DNA from: Escherichia phage UFV-AREG1
Sequence record: KX009778
DNA length: 64,000 nt
Strand: one strand, 5' to 3'
This document shows, one piece after another, positions 22,593 through 32,132 of the stretch; the stretch's first letter is position 1, and each line of letters opens with the position of its first letter. The notes under the pieces are model-generated. The model made no database searches. It worked only from the letters and a program-made list of their open reading frames with translations, and was not told the DNA's origin. A program made the position numbers and the translations under genes.

Positions 22593-22883
22593 TTATTTAC
22601 GGAATGAAATAAAAGCAGCAACTGAAGCAACAGAGGTTTCTTCAATATAAACCTCAATTTTTACCGGAGCTTCTGACTCAAATTTACCTGTTACTACACC
22701 TTGGAAAATACTTTCAGTCTGTTCTGGCTTTGAAAAATTTTCAGAAGGAAAAATTCCAAACTTTTTATCGGTTCCGAAAATTTTAATAAATTCATCATAA
22801 ACTGCTTCATTGAAAGCGTTATCAGCGGGAATAACGCCTTCAACGACGAGTTCTTGACCTAAAAAGCGCAAAGAAGATTTCAT
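22593..22883 (-). CDS. Hypothetical protein (alt.-3 position)
   Basis: 96 aa ORF with its own T4-type early promoter and leader upstream. Confidence 0.7.
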   Translation of the reverse strand: MKSSLRFLGQELVVEGVIPADNAFNEAVYDEFIKIFGTDKKFGIFPSENFSKPEQTESIFQGVVTGKFESEAPVKIEVYIEETSVASVAAFISFRK

Positions 22884-22914
22884 TTTGTGTTCCTCATGTT
22901 ATGTCAGTAAAACT

Positions 22915-22944
22915 ACTATAACACAATACGAGGGACTTGTAAAC
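22915..22944 (-). promoter_or_regulatory. T4 early-type promoter (GTTTACA-N17-TATAGT) upstream of the 96 aa ORF
   Basis: -35 at 22938..22944 and -10 at 22915..22920 in minus sense. Confidence 0.55.
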
Positions 22945-25001
22945 TACATTTTGAACTTTTTAGACATTCTGTTGATGTTAACCAAAGAAGCTAAGATTTG
23001 AGAAACTTCGCTTTCCTCTTCTTTTGATTCTTCTACAAGGAATTGATTAAATCCAGCCATTGGACGAACTTCACCAGTTTCCATCAGATGGTCGCCATCA
23101 TATACTGATTCTTCTAATTGTTCAGAAGGAGGAACGATTGTACCTTCGATTAGATACTTATTATAAGCAGTTTCTTTCATCATGTACGTACTTACTTTAT
23201 TAATCTTCAGTAAAATTCCACGTGGTAGAATAACTTCAGCTTCTGATGGAAATCCTGATAAATGACCCGGAACGATAACTTTAACTCGTTCAGCTCCTTT
23301 AATTACCATACCTACATTAGTTTCAGCGTCTTCATTCGCATATGTAGAATGACTACCCATATGCATTAAATCTTCAGCATCAACTGAACCTTCTCCTTCA
23401 CCAGAAAATACTGCTCCGGAATCATCTAAGGCCATATAATTTTTACCATATTCACCGAAGATATTTGGCTTGAGTGAAGTAGATACAAAGTTCTTGAAAT
23501 AGAACATTTTATTTTCTATATTATGACGCAAAGTTTTAAAGGTAACTTCTTGCCCACGATAAAGAGTAGTTCCTGGAGGAAGAACTGAACCTTTAGAAAA
23601 TGCAGAATCCAGCGTCTCAATATGTTTAATAGCTCGTTCCATATATTCTTCACGGGTAGAATCAGGTTTACCTAAAAGGAATGAGTTCATTTCAACATAT
23701 GAATCTGCACAATAATCTTCAATTACATCAGATTCAGCCTGAGTTAATCCTTTTGGAGTTACTTCAGTGCTTGCATATTCATATGCCTGAGCAGCAGATT
23801 CATCAATTAATTTATAAATTCCATTCATTACAAATTGAATAATAGCTGTCTTTTCATCTGGTGTAGCTTTAGAACCTTTAACTAAATCATTGATAATTTT
23901 CTTAATAACATCAAAACTATTAGAAATATTAATGTCAGCAAGATCGCTTAAAATTTTATCAGTTTTATAATCAAAGAATTCTTTATTCTTTAAATATTCT
24001 TGAGAACCTTGATATGTTATATCGCTCTGCAGCTTGATAGATGGATCGCGTAAACGTGCATGGGCCAATGCAATATGATTTCGGAAGCTTTCTAGTTCAT
24101 AATCGCTAGATTTAAAACGAGAAGCACTTCTCATACCACCGATAGCTCCTTTGCTAAAGTTTGAACCAATCTGAATAACGCCAGAGTTCATTGATCCTTC
24201 TGCTTTATATACCGGAACTTTAGATTCAAACTCTTGATATTTCTTAGCAGCGAAGCTATCACCCTGGAGTGAAGCGTCAACAGTAGAATATTGAGCTTGG
24301 GCTGCTAATCGACGACTGATTTTAGTTTTCTGAATAACAGCTTGATCCGTGCGCTTATCATTTTCTAAAGCAATAGAAGCAGCAACAGCAACAGCTTTAG
24401 GAACAGCATTACCTGTTTTAACGTCTACATAAACATCACCAACCTTTGATTCAACTTTTGTGAATAACTCGGTTGAAATAGGAGGTACACCTGGAATGTC
24501 TTCTAATTTGGCATTTTTACGGTAAACCATAATATATGCGTACTTTTTATCATAATCCCAGATTTCCTTTAAAAGAACATATCGACCTGCTCCTTTAGTA
24601 CGTACTAAACGGTCAGCAATAACTTGCATTTGCCGAGCAGCGCCATTTGTTTTACTTTTTAGTACGCGGAATAGGCATGCATCAATTTTATACTGTTTCA
24701 TTGTTTGAAGAGCAGTATCAAAAACAGCATTAATGACGCCAATTGGATTTCCACCCAAGTTTTTAAGCTTAACTAATGATAGTTTCTCATTAACACCTAT
24801 CATTACGATATGCATCATTTTGTCGCCTGGCTTAACGTTTTTATTCGTATCACCGCCAGAGGTGTATGTACAAAATCTAAATCCAGGAAGCACGCTTTCT
24901 TCACCTGCTTGAATAGCAAAAATTTGAGGTATTTTATGCTTAGGATTTAAGTTAACAACCGGCGCCGAAGCGCCGTCAAATAATTCTGTAATAAGTTCCA
25001 T
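22944..25001 (-). CDS. Alt-family ADP-ribosyltransferase paralog (alt.-2 position)
   Basis: 685 aa; N-terminus MELITELFD… shared with upstream Alt; ART motifs LYRGQ, FVSTSL, EAEVILPRG. Confidence 0.85.
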   Translation of the reverse strand: MELITELFDGASAPVVNLNPKHKIPQIFAIQAGEESVLPGFRFCTYTSGGDTNKNVKPGDKMMHIVMIGVNEKLSLVKLKNLGGNPIGVINAVFDTALQTMKQYKIDACLFRVLKSKTNGAARQMQVIADRLVRTKGAGRYVLLKEIWDYDKKYAYIMVYRKNAKLEDIPGVPPISTELFTKVESKVGDVYVDVKTGNAVPKAVAVAASIALENDKRTDQAVIQKTKISRRLAAQAQYSTVDASLQGDSFAAKKYQEFESKVPVYKAEGSMNSGVIQIGSNFSKGAIGGMRSASRFKSSDYELESFRNHIALAHARLRDPSIKLQSDITYQGSQEYLKNKEFFDYKTDKILSDLADINISNSFDVIKKIINDLVKGSKATPDEKTAIIQFVMNGIYKLIDESAAQAYEYASTEVTPKGLTQAESDVIEDYCADSYVEMNSFLLGKPDSTREEYMERAIKHIETLDSAFSKGSVLPPGTTLYRGQEVTFKTLRHNIENKMFYFKNFVSTSLKPNIFGEYGKNYMALDDSGAVFSGEGEGSVDAEDLMHMGSHSTYANEDAETNVGMVIKGAERVKVIVPGHLSGFPSEAEVILPRGILLKINKVSTYMMKETAYNKYLIEGTIVPPSEQLEESVYDGDHLMETGEVRPMAGFNQFLVEESKEEESEVSQILASLVNINRMSKKFKM

Positions 25002-25004
25002 GAT

Positions 25005-27098
25005 TTATCCTTGAACGAACTTGTAAGGCATGTTTGTAATATCTATGCAAGACGCAATAATTCCAAGAGATGATTCTACTTTCTGTTTAATATTTGATGA
25101 AACAAATGATGCAAAGTCAACTCTGTCTTCTATTTCAATATCACCTGTCATTGCAACCAATTCACCAGTTTCCATTAAATGGTCTCCATCATAGATTACC
25201 GATTCGGTGAGCTCTTCCGTGGTCATAACTTCAGCTTGAATGAGTTTTGTATTATTAGATGTTGTTCCGTCATTATTAGAAGCATCGATTATTTTATTAA
25301 CTTTGACCATCAATCCACGCGGTAGAATAACTTCAGCTTCTGTTGCTATTCCGAGACTTCCTGGATATACAACATTAACTTTATGAGCTCCATCAATTGC
25401 CCATCCTATTTGAACTTTAACATATTCAGGATTTTCTTTATACGCTCTTATTTCGTTTGGATTAATAGTTATTCCTTCTTCATTTTTATCAACTGTTAAT
25501 TCATTGCGAGCTCCTGGTTCTAAAAGACCAATACCAGCATGTGTGATTCCAAAACGTCCAAAAATGATAGGAGTTAAAGAAGTAGATACAAAATTTCTGA
25601 AGTAGAACACTTTATTTTTAACTAACGCTTCATATATAGGAGCAGTCATACTTTGAGCACGATAAACTGTAATGCCTTCTGGTATACGGTCACCATTTTC
25701 AAAAGCTGAATCTAAGTTATTTATAGCAGATTCAATTTCTTTTTCACTCATTACATCATATCGTTCTGGATTGTAACGACCTAAAAGAAGATTATTGATG
25801 TCAGTATATCCTGAACCGCAATATTCTCTAATGCCACGCTTTTGTGATGGAGTATATTTAGAACCATCGCGGGCAATAGTAATATCAATCATTGGACCAG
25901 CACCAATTCCAGAAAAACTGTAAATCATTCGTTTGAGGAATTTAGTTTTTGCTGCGTTCCAGGAATTTTTAGTTATTTCTTCCCAGACTTCATCTGGTTG
26001 TCCTTTACGATTTTTATTATGATTAGCAAGCCATTTATCTTTATAATCTTCAAAGAATTGATTTACAGCTGCTGCGTATTTCTCTAAACATTTTATTGAA
26101 GTAGTTGGTTCATTTTTAATTGCATTAAAAATTACTTCTTTAATTTTTTCTGAAACTTCACCGACTTGACTCATTGGAAAGAATTTATAATCATAGTGAA
26201 GTTCATCTGCCGTTCCTTCAGCAATAATTTTTGCTGCCTTTGTTTTAGAAGCTAATGAATTAATTCCAATTTTCATTTCTTCTGCTTCGGGAATTAAAGG
26301 TGCAGTAGCTGGTTTATTAAAATTAGCTGCTGTAGATTCATACTTCTGGAATAATTCACTTTCAAATCTAGAAGATTCCAATGACTGACTTTGTGCAATT
26401 GCTCTACGGGAAATTTTAACTTTAACGATTACAGCTTGGTCAGAACGTTTATCATTTTCTTGCGCAATAGATGCTGCAATTGCTTCATTTTTAGTTACTT
26501 GAGCTCCAGTATCTTTATTGATATAAACATCACCGACCTTCGATTCAACTTTAGTAAAGAGTTCAGTGCTAATTTCTGGAACTCCTGGAATGTCTTCTAG
26601 TGATACATTTTTGCGATGTATAAGAATATATGCATACTTTTTATCATAATCCCAGAGTTCCTTAAGAAGGACGTATCTGCCACCTGAACGACTACGGATA
26701 AGTCTATCAGCAATAACTTGAATTTGTCGAGCTTGGCCAGCAGTTTTAGACTTAAGAATACGAAGCATACAAGCATCAATTTTATACTGACGCATTGTTT
26801 GCATTGCAACAGTAAAAACTGAATTGATATAATTAATTGGGCTTGGCCCAAGACCTTTCAATTTAGCAATTGAACCTTTAGCAGTTAATGTAAAAGGAAC
26901 AATATGCATCATTTTATCGCCCATCTTTAAATCACGATTAGTATCACCTCCAGATGTATAGGTACATAAACGAAAGCCTGGTTGTTCAATTGCGTCATCG
27001 ACATGAACTGAAAAAATTTGTGGTATCTTCTTCTTTGGATTTAAGTTTGTAATCGGAAGAGTAGTATCTTCGTCAAATAATTCTGTAATAAGTTCCAT
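25005..27098 (-). CDS. alt: ADP-ribosyltransferase Alt
   Basis: 697 aa; ART motifs VYRAQ, FVSTSL, EAEVILPRG; minus-strand late promoter upstream, consistent with a virion-packaged Alt. Confidence 0.88.
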   Translation of the reverse strand: MELITELFDEDTTLPITNLNPKKKIPQIFSVHVDDAIEQPGFRLCTYTSGGDTNRDLKMGDKMMHIVPFTLTAKGSIAKLKGLGPSPINYINSVFTVAMQTMRQYKIDACMLRILKSKTAGQARQIQVIADRLIRSRSGGRYVLLKELWDYDKKYAYILIHRKNVSLEDIPGVPEISTELFTKVESKVGDVYINKDTGAQVTKNEAIAASIAQENDKRSDQAVIVKVKISRRAIAQSQSLESSRFESELFQKYESTAANFNKPATAPLIPEAEEMKIGINSLASKTKAAKIIAEGTADELHYDYKFFPMSQVGEVSEKIKEVIFNAIKNEPTTSIKCLEKYAAAVNQFFEDYKDKWLANHNKNRKGQPDEVWEEITKNSWNAAKTKFLKRMIYSFSGIGAGPMIDITIARDGSKYTPSQKRGIREYCGSGYTDINNLLLGRYNPERYDVMSEKEIESAINNLDSAFENGDRIPEGITVYRAQSMTAPIYEALVKNKVFYFRNFVSTSLTPIIFGRFGITHAGIGLLEPGARNELTVDKNEEGITINPNEIRAYKENPEYVKVQIGWAIDGAHKVNVVYPGSLGIATEAEVILPRGLMVKVNKIIDASNNDGTTSNNTKLIQAEVMTTEELTESVIYDGDHLMETGELVAMTGDIEIEDRVDFASFVSSNIKQKVESSLGIIASCIDITNMPYKFVQG

Positions 27099-27122
27099 GT
27101 TATCCTCTCTAGTGTTTATTCT

Positions 27123-27130
27123 ATTTATAA
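27123..27130 (-). promoter_or_regulatory. T4 late promoter TATAAATA on minus strand upstream of alt
   Basis: Plus tatttata = reverse complement of TATAAATA, 25 nt upstream of alt ATG. Confidence 0.6.
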
Positions 27131-27136
27131 AATTAA

Positions 27137-27150
27137 AGGCCCGAAGGCCT
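27137..27150 (-). terminator. Hairpin aggcc-cgaa-ggcct downstream of the gene 30 operon
   Basis: GC stem-loop between the 61 aa ORF and alt. Confidence 0.5.
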
Positions 27151-27154
27151 TTAA

Positions 27155-27340
27155 TTAATAGAGAGCTAAAAGAGTACGATATACTTCAAACTTTGGACCT
27201 TTTTCATATGGATCAAATCTTTCCGTGAATTCATCATATGCTAGTTTATCTGGGAATTCAAGAATAACCTGCGATACCGCAGTGGAAACATCTCCACCTT
27301 CTTTTTGAGCCACGACAATTGTTTCTAAGTAAGCTTTCAT
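27155..27340 (-). CDS. Hypothetical small protein
   Basis: 61 aa ORF overlapping DNA ligase stop by 4 nt. Confidence 0.65.
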   Translation of the reverse strand: MKAYLETIVVAQKEGGDVSTAVSQVILEFPDKLAYDEFTERFDPYEKGPKFEVYRTLLALY

Positions 27341-28800
27341 AAACCAGTTACCTCATGAAAATCGCCAAATACATCTTCGAACGTATTAGCTTTAGTTTTA
27401 TCTTCACGTAAACGAATTGCAATTGGAAGAAATAGCTTAACGTAATCAGTACGTCCATCTAATTTTACCCAGCCGTTGCATTCGCACTCTAGAATTTTTC
27501 CAATATAATAATTTTGGTTTTCCATAATGCGAGTACGATCAAGTTCATGCGATTTTATACCGGCTTTATCTTTTAAGCCTGAACCAGCATTTACTTTAAT
27601 TTTTCCACACTCTGATTCAAGAATGAAACCACCTGCTTTAGTAGGGTCTTTACGGTGAGGATAAATTCCTACAATTTTTAAATCAACATCAATTACTTCT
27701 TTAAATTTATAAAGATTTTTTGAACGAGCATTTTCCCATAATCCATCGATATTTTTGAGAATAATACCTTCAAGACCTTGGTCAATATACTTTTTGTAAA
27801 TAACCTTAGCTTCATCTAGGTTATTTACTACTTGGTTTTCAATTAAAATTACTTTATCATAGCCTGATGTCATTTGTTCTAGTTTAGAAAAACGTACATC
27901 ATATTTTAAACGAAATGCTGGAAGACCATATATTTCTACTAATGGAACATAGTCCCAGACCTGAAACTTCATGCATTGTGCTTCTTTTTCAGAAATGGTT
28001 CCCTTTAAAGATTTATTAGCGATTCCATTAGAAGTAGTACGTGATTCAGCTACTTCGGCGAATTCTTTAGCTTTACTAATTTCAGGATAAGCATCAAAAA
28101 GAAAATCTAGGCCTTCTGGCTCCTTTTTAACTTGCTCATGGTATACCAATTCGCCATCAATTAACACACCTTCTGGATGAATCTGGCGAGCTTCTGCAGT
28201 CATTTTGATTAACTCTTCTTTGAGAAGGTCTAATCCTAGATATTCATTACCAGCTCGTGATAAAAGACGAACATCATCTAATTCATCACCTCTGACTTCG
28301 GCAAAGCACCGAGCTCCATCAGCTTTTAATTGGGCAAAGGCTGGAAATTTGATATTCTTATTAATGCCTTTTTCATCATAAGAACTTGCCAGCATTTGAG
28401 GTTGTTCAGGAATTAAACCTGGCCAAACTTTGTTTGCAATAGATACTGATGCACCGCATTCAAGGTCTCGCATCATCACCCGACGCAAAACTTCAACATC
28501 ATCTTTTTTACCGTCAGCAATATATCCAGTCAATTCCTCAATTGCCGCATTTCCAGTCAATTTCCGAGTAGCTAATGTGAATTCAATGAAGTCAAGCATA
28601 TCGGTAAGAGTCAACATTCCAAAACTCTGGGTAGCAATACCAGGTTTAGGCCATTTCTTGATATAATACTGTAACCCACGAGAATAAGTTAGACGATATA
28701 CTCGTTTAAGCAATTCATTATCTTTATTCTTTTCAAGAATTGCTTGCTTCTGCTTAGTTGAACCAATAGATGCTATTTCATTCAGAATTTTAAGAATCAT
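27337..28800 (-). CDS. 30: ATP-dependent DNA ligase gp30
   Basis: 487 aa; adenylation motif KADGARC; matches T4 DNA ligase. Confidence 0.96.
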   Translation of the reverse strand: MILKILNEIASIGSTKQKQAILEKNKDNELLKRVYRLTYSRGLQYYIKKWPKPGIATQSFGMLTLTDMLDFIEFTLATRKLTGNAAIEELTGYIADGKKDDVEVLRRVMMRDLECGASVSIANKVWPGLIPEQPQMLASSYDEKGINKNIKFPAFAQLKADGARCFAEVRGDELDDVRLLSRAGNEYLGLDLLKEELIKMTAEARQIHPEGVLIDGELVYHEQVKKEPEGLDFLFDAYPEISKAKEFAEVAESRTTSNGIANKSLKGTISEKEAQCMKFQVWDYVPLVEIYGLPAFRLKYDVRFSKLEQMTSGYDKVILIENQVVNNLDEAKVIYKKYIDQGLEGIILKNIDGLWENARSKNLYKFKEVIDVDLKIVGIYPHRKDPTKAGGFILESECGKIKVNAGSGLKDKAGIKSHELDRTRIMENQNYYIGKILECECNGWVKLDGRTDYVKLFLPIAIRLREDKTKANTFEDVFGDFHEVTGL

Positions 28801-29066
28801 TGTTCATCCTTTAGAGTTTGGTTTACAGCTCTATTATAAATCAATTCATCATTAAGCTCAGTCAAAGACCTGTGGTACGTGGTTCTAACTTTATTTCCTT
28901 GCATCCAGTGCTTGACGTAAATGAAACCTTGCTCTACACATTTTTTAAAAATTCGTTCGTCTTTTTGAGCTCGGAATTCTGGATTGCATCTAAAAAATTG
29001 ATTTACGTGACCGTAATCACGTGTAGTATTACCTTCATTTTCATAAATAGTGTGAACGACAAACAT
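28797..29066 (-). CDS. Hypothetical protein (30.1 position)
   Basis: 89 aa ORF, ATGA-type overlap with gene 30. Confidence 0.7.
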   Translation of the reverse strand: MFVVHTIYENEGNTTRDYGHVNQFFRCNPEFRAQKDERIFKKCVEQGFIYVKHWMQGNKVRTTYHRSLTELNDELIYNRAVNQTLKDEQ

Positions 29067-29902
29067 TAGAATGCTCCTTGGAAAATATTATCACCACTAG
29101 TAGGTCTATTATACAAATACTCTATGCCACCGGGTTTAATATAGTTCCATGTCTGAAACGGATGTGTATAATATGGATGATATGGATTATAAGGATTAAA
29201 TCCAGGAGTTCTCCAGGTAGTATTCCAACGAAAAGAATCGTTTTTAATCATCTTTTCAATTACATCTTTTATAGCTTTTTCACTATCAAAACTTTCTTTA
29301 TTTTCCTTCGATGGAAAAAGCTTATTCTCTACATCATTCCATGTATAAACTCGCTGTGCAGTTTTTGGAATACTATCACGCTCCCCTCGAGCCATCCAAT
29401 AAACAGGAACATTTAATATTTCACTCGCGTGATCGCAGTGGTGAGCGAGATCGTCAATATAACAAATTACGTTATATTTCTCTTTTGCCTTTTTGAACAA
29501 CTCTTCTTTTGAAGAATCATGACCACACATCAATACTTCTGAAAAGGCACCAGGAAAAAGAGCATTCAAATTAAATTGACGATTCAGCAGAGCGTCAATA
29601 GAATCACCCAATGCTGTAACAGCTACAAAATTATAATCTTCTTTTAATTTGTTAATTACGCACAGAGCATCTTTATATGGAGACAAGTAACGAATAAAAT
29701 CTGAACGATTGTATTTTTCAATTAACTTGACGCCAAGTTCTTCATCACAATTAAAGAGTTTACCTGGAGAAATAAATTTCTCATCTTGGATCATTTTTAA
29801 AATATGTTCCAACGGAAGATTATATTTCTGAGCAAAATAAGGAAGACCTGATTGCCAGCTTAAACATACTCCATCAATATCAGTTAAAATAGTAGGCTTC
29901 AT
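29066..29902 (-). CDS. Hypothetical protein with HAD-like N-terminal DxDG motif (30.2 position)
   Basis: 278 aa; N-terminal TDIDGV motif typical of HAD phosphatases. Confidence 0.7.
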   Translation of the reverse strand: MKPTILTDIDGVCLSWQSGLPYFAQKYNLPLEHILKMIQDEKFISPGKLFNCDEELGVKLIEKYNRSDFIRYLSPYKDALCVINKLKEDYNFVAVTALGDSIDALLNRQFNLNALFPGAFSEVLMCGHDSSKEELFKKAKEKYNVICYIDDLAHHCDHASEILNVPVYWMARGERDSIPKTAQRVYTWNDVENKLFPSKENKESFDSEKAIKDVIEKMIKNDSFRWNTTWRTPGFNPYNPYHPYYTHPFQTWNYIKPGGIEYLYNRPTSGDNIFQGAF

Positions 29903-30363
29903 AAAGAGTCTCTTAATAAGTTTAACACATCAATAAATTCAGCTTCGGTTAGTATTGTATCATCTTTTGTTAGACCACTAGCCATGCTGTGCTTCAAAAT
30001 TTTTCCTTTAGAGGCTTGTAAGGCATCACGAAACCCCTTGTTTTGGATCGCGGCTTCAAAATATGCATTTGTGTATAATTCTTTCCACGCCGGGGAGTAT
30101 CTTGAAAACGGAACTCCAAGCCAAAAGAGGGTCCCACGGTCCTGAGCTCTAGCATAAGACCTTCCAGCTTGTTGGGCGGCAAGCCCGGATAACCCAAATA
30201 TACGACGTTGTTGTTCAACATTTTTCACCTTACACCCTTGGAGGAATCCTTCAAGACCTCCAAATTGAATACCATCCATAACGAAAGGCCATTGGGCGAA
30301 ATTACTTAATGCACATGATGGCCATCTAAAATTACTTCTAATCTCTAACTCAGACATTTTCAA
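29899..30363 (-). CDS. Hypothetical protein (30.3 position)
   Basis: 154 aa ORF in tightly packed operon. Confidence 0.7.
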   Translation of the reverse strand: MKMSELEIRSNFRWPSCALSNFAQWPFVMDGIQFGGLEGFLQGCKVKNVEQQRRIFGLSGLAAQQAGRSYARAQDRGTLFWLGVPFSRYSPAWKELYTNAYFEAAIQNKGFRDALQASKGKILKHSMASGLTKDDTILTEAEFIDVLNLLRDSL

Positions 30364-30556
30364 TGCTTATAATTTCAACATCAGCCCAATGACCATAGCA
30401 AGGAAGACGAAATTCAACTGGCCAGTTAGGGTCCTTTTCTAATATAATAGACTCAACTTGTGGTTCTTCATGTTCATCAGTATATGGATTTTTATATGTT
30501 ACTTTATATGTGACCTTAATGTACTGAATTCCAAAAATCTTATTAATTATATTCAT
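30350..30556 (-). CDS. Hypothetical protein (30.4 position)
   Basis: 68 aa ORF. Confidence 0.6.
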   Translation of the reverse strand: MNIINKIFGIQYIKVTYKVTYKNPYTDEHEEPQVESIILEKDPNWPVEFRLPCYGHWADVEIISIENV

Positions 30557-30750
30557 ACTAATTCCTTTAATCCGTAGATAGGAGATAATTCATCACCCAT
30601 ACGAAGGTCTTCATTTCCATCTACCCAGGAAACAATATAAGCCTCTTTTATTTGAATACCACTCCATTTAAATGGAGGTAGAACCTTAGAAATTAATCCA
30701 GGTATACCAACTCCCTTTAATTCAACAGTTTGACCTAAAAAGAATTTCAT
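30553..30750 (-). CDS. Hypothetical protein (30.5 position)
   Basis: 65 aa ORF. Confidence 0.6.
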   Translation of the reverse strand: MKFFLGQTVELKGVGIPGLISKVLPPFKWSGIQIKEAYIVSWVDGNEDLRMGDELSPIYGLKELV

Positions 30751-31037
30751 TAGAACCTCATCTGAAAACCATGCGATTTAACATTACCACCACCAATGTC
30801 AGAAATATTAATTTCACGCGCAATTGAAGGGTCAATGTCAATTTCGCGATTGAGTTTAGTGATAGCTAAAGTATCACGCCCATTTACTGTACGGAATTCT
30901 AAAGGACAAACCACATCAACGTAATTTTTAATCGATTCACTAGTAGGCTGCAAATGAGCAGGAAGGTCTTTAGGCGCCTTTGAGAAAACAACTTCACAGA
31001 AATTTTTGCGGGTATCAAAATAAGTAGTCATAAACAT
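30750..31037 (-). CDS. Hypothetical protein (30.6 position)
   Basis: 95 aa ORF. Confidence 0.65.
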   Translation of the reverse strand: MFMTTYFDTRKNFCEVVFSKAPKDLPAHLQPTSESIKNYVDVVCPLEFRTVNGRDTLAITKLNREIDIDPSIAREINISDIGGGNVKSHGFQMRF

Positions 31038-31054
31038 AATATTTTCCTCAGTAA

Positions 31055-31068
31055 GGGGCCGAAGCCCC
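31055..31068. terminator. Hairpin ggggc-cgaa-gcccc between 30.7 and 30.6
   Basis: GC stem-loop; the T run lies on the plus side although flanking genes are minus-strand. Confidence 0.45.
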
Positions 31069-31078
31069 TCATTTTATT

Positions 31079-31444
31079 TTAAATATCAAATTCGTTAAGA
31101 ACTACATCAAAGATTGCTTCAAGATGCTCAGGTTTAGCTCTGTTACTCAGAATATGACGAATCCAAGTTTTAACTAGAAGCTTGCGATTAGCACCATTCC
31201 AGCAAGGATGAGTCCCTAAATCGCGTTGACGGAAATCATCATCTAATGCGATTTTGAAGTTGGAACCTTCCATCGTGATGGAAACTGTAATACCATTTTC
31301 AAATCGCATATAAACGTAGTTAGGAGTCATATACTGTTCAATTTCGCATACTGATCCATTTTGATGTTTCCAAAGGCAGATGGTATCAATAGAACCTGCA
31401 ATACCATTAGAAACATATTTACGTTCAAAGTTGATGTAGTTCAT
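31079..31444 (-). CDS. Hypothetical protein (30.7 position)
   Basis: 121 aa ORF. Confidence 0.7.
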   Translation of the reverse strand: MNYINFERKYVSNGIAGSIDTICLWKHQNGSVCEIEQYMTPNYVYMRFENGITVSITMEGSNFKIALDDDFRQRDLGTHPCWNGANRKLLVKTWIRHILSNRAKPEHLEAIFDVVLNEFDI

Positions 31445-31512
31445 TTTTATTCTCCGAGATGTTTAATTGCGGTACAGGTATATAATATCATATCCTGTAC
31501 CAAAGTAAACAA

Positions 31513-31845
31513 TTATTTTACTACTTTCCAATGCTTCATGTCAAGTTTACCAACTTTTTTCATCTTCTCAATTAAGCGTTCGGCACGTTGGCGAGCTGTA
31601 ACATAATGCCATTCGCCTAATTCATTTTGTTCAATTTTTCCAACGATTACTGTATTCAATTCATAAATCCAACCAGTAAAGAAATTATGAACTTGAATTG
31701 TAAAGGTGAAATCTGTTCCCATACCTTCTGTTGTTTCTACTTCAATAATATCACCTTCAACTGCCATTAAGAACCACATAGTTTCATCATATTTACCATT
31801 GAAGCATTTAGTTTTAACTGTAGCGTTCAGATTAATCGTTTTCAT
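31513..31845 (-). CDS. Hypothetical protein (30.8 position)
   Basis: 110 aa ORF with early promoter upstream. Confidence 0.7.
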   Translation of the reverse strand: MKTINLNATVKTKCFNGKYDETMWFLMAVEGDIIEVETTEGMGTDFTFTIQVHNFFTGWIYELNTVIVGKIEQNELGEWHYVTARQRAERLIEKMKKVGKLDMKHWKVVK

Positions 31846-31881
31846 TTTATTCTCCTTTGTTTGTGTAAGATAATACTATCA

Positions 31882-31910
31882 CAAAGGAACTATACTGTAA
31901 ACAACTTTAT
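31882..31910 (-). promoter_or_regulatory. T4 early-type promoter (GTTTACA-N17-TAGTAT) upstream of 30.8
   Basis: Reverse complement of the plus sequence gives GTTTACA, a 17 nt spacer and TAGTAT. Confidence 0.45.
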
Positions 31911-31932
31911 GCAATCTTTGGAAAATAAAAAA

Positions 31933-31950
31933 GGACTCCCGAAGGAGTCC
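31933..31950 (-). terminator. Intrinsic terminator after 30.9 (ggactcc-ttcg-ggagtcc + T run in minus sense)
   Basis: 7 bp GC-rich stem, tetraloop, A run on plus strand = U run in minus transcript. Confidence 0.65.
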
Positions 31951-31955
31951 TCAAC

Positions 31956-32132
31956 TTATGCTTTCTGCTTACCAAAACGAGAAGCATCATCTCGAAGAAC
32001 CGCACGTGCTCGGCGCATGATCTTCTCAACAGTTTGATTGATACGAGAGTTCGACCCACGCTTGTAGCCAGCGCGTTTAGAATCACCAACTTTCTTTTCA
32101 ACTGCTTTCTTTGCTTTAACTTGTTTTGCCAT
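31956..32132 (-). CDS. Small basic protein (30.9 position)
   Basis: 58 aa from ATG at 32132 (MAKQVKAKK…); ORF open to 32174 as an alternative start. Confidence 0.6.
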   Translation of the reverse strand: MAKQVKAKKAVEKKVGDSKRAGYKRGSNSRINQTVEKIMRRARAVLRDDASRFGKQKA

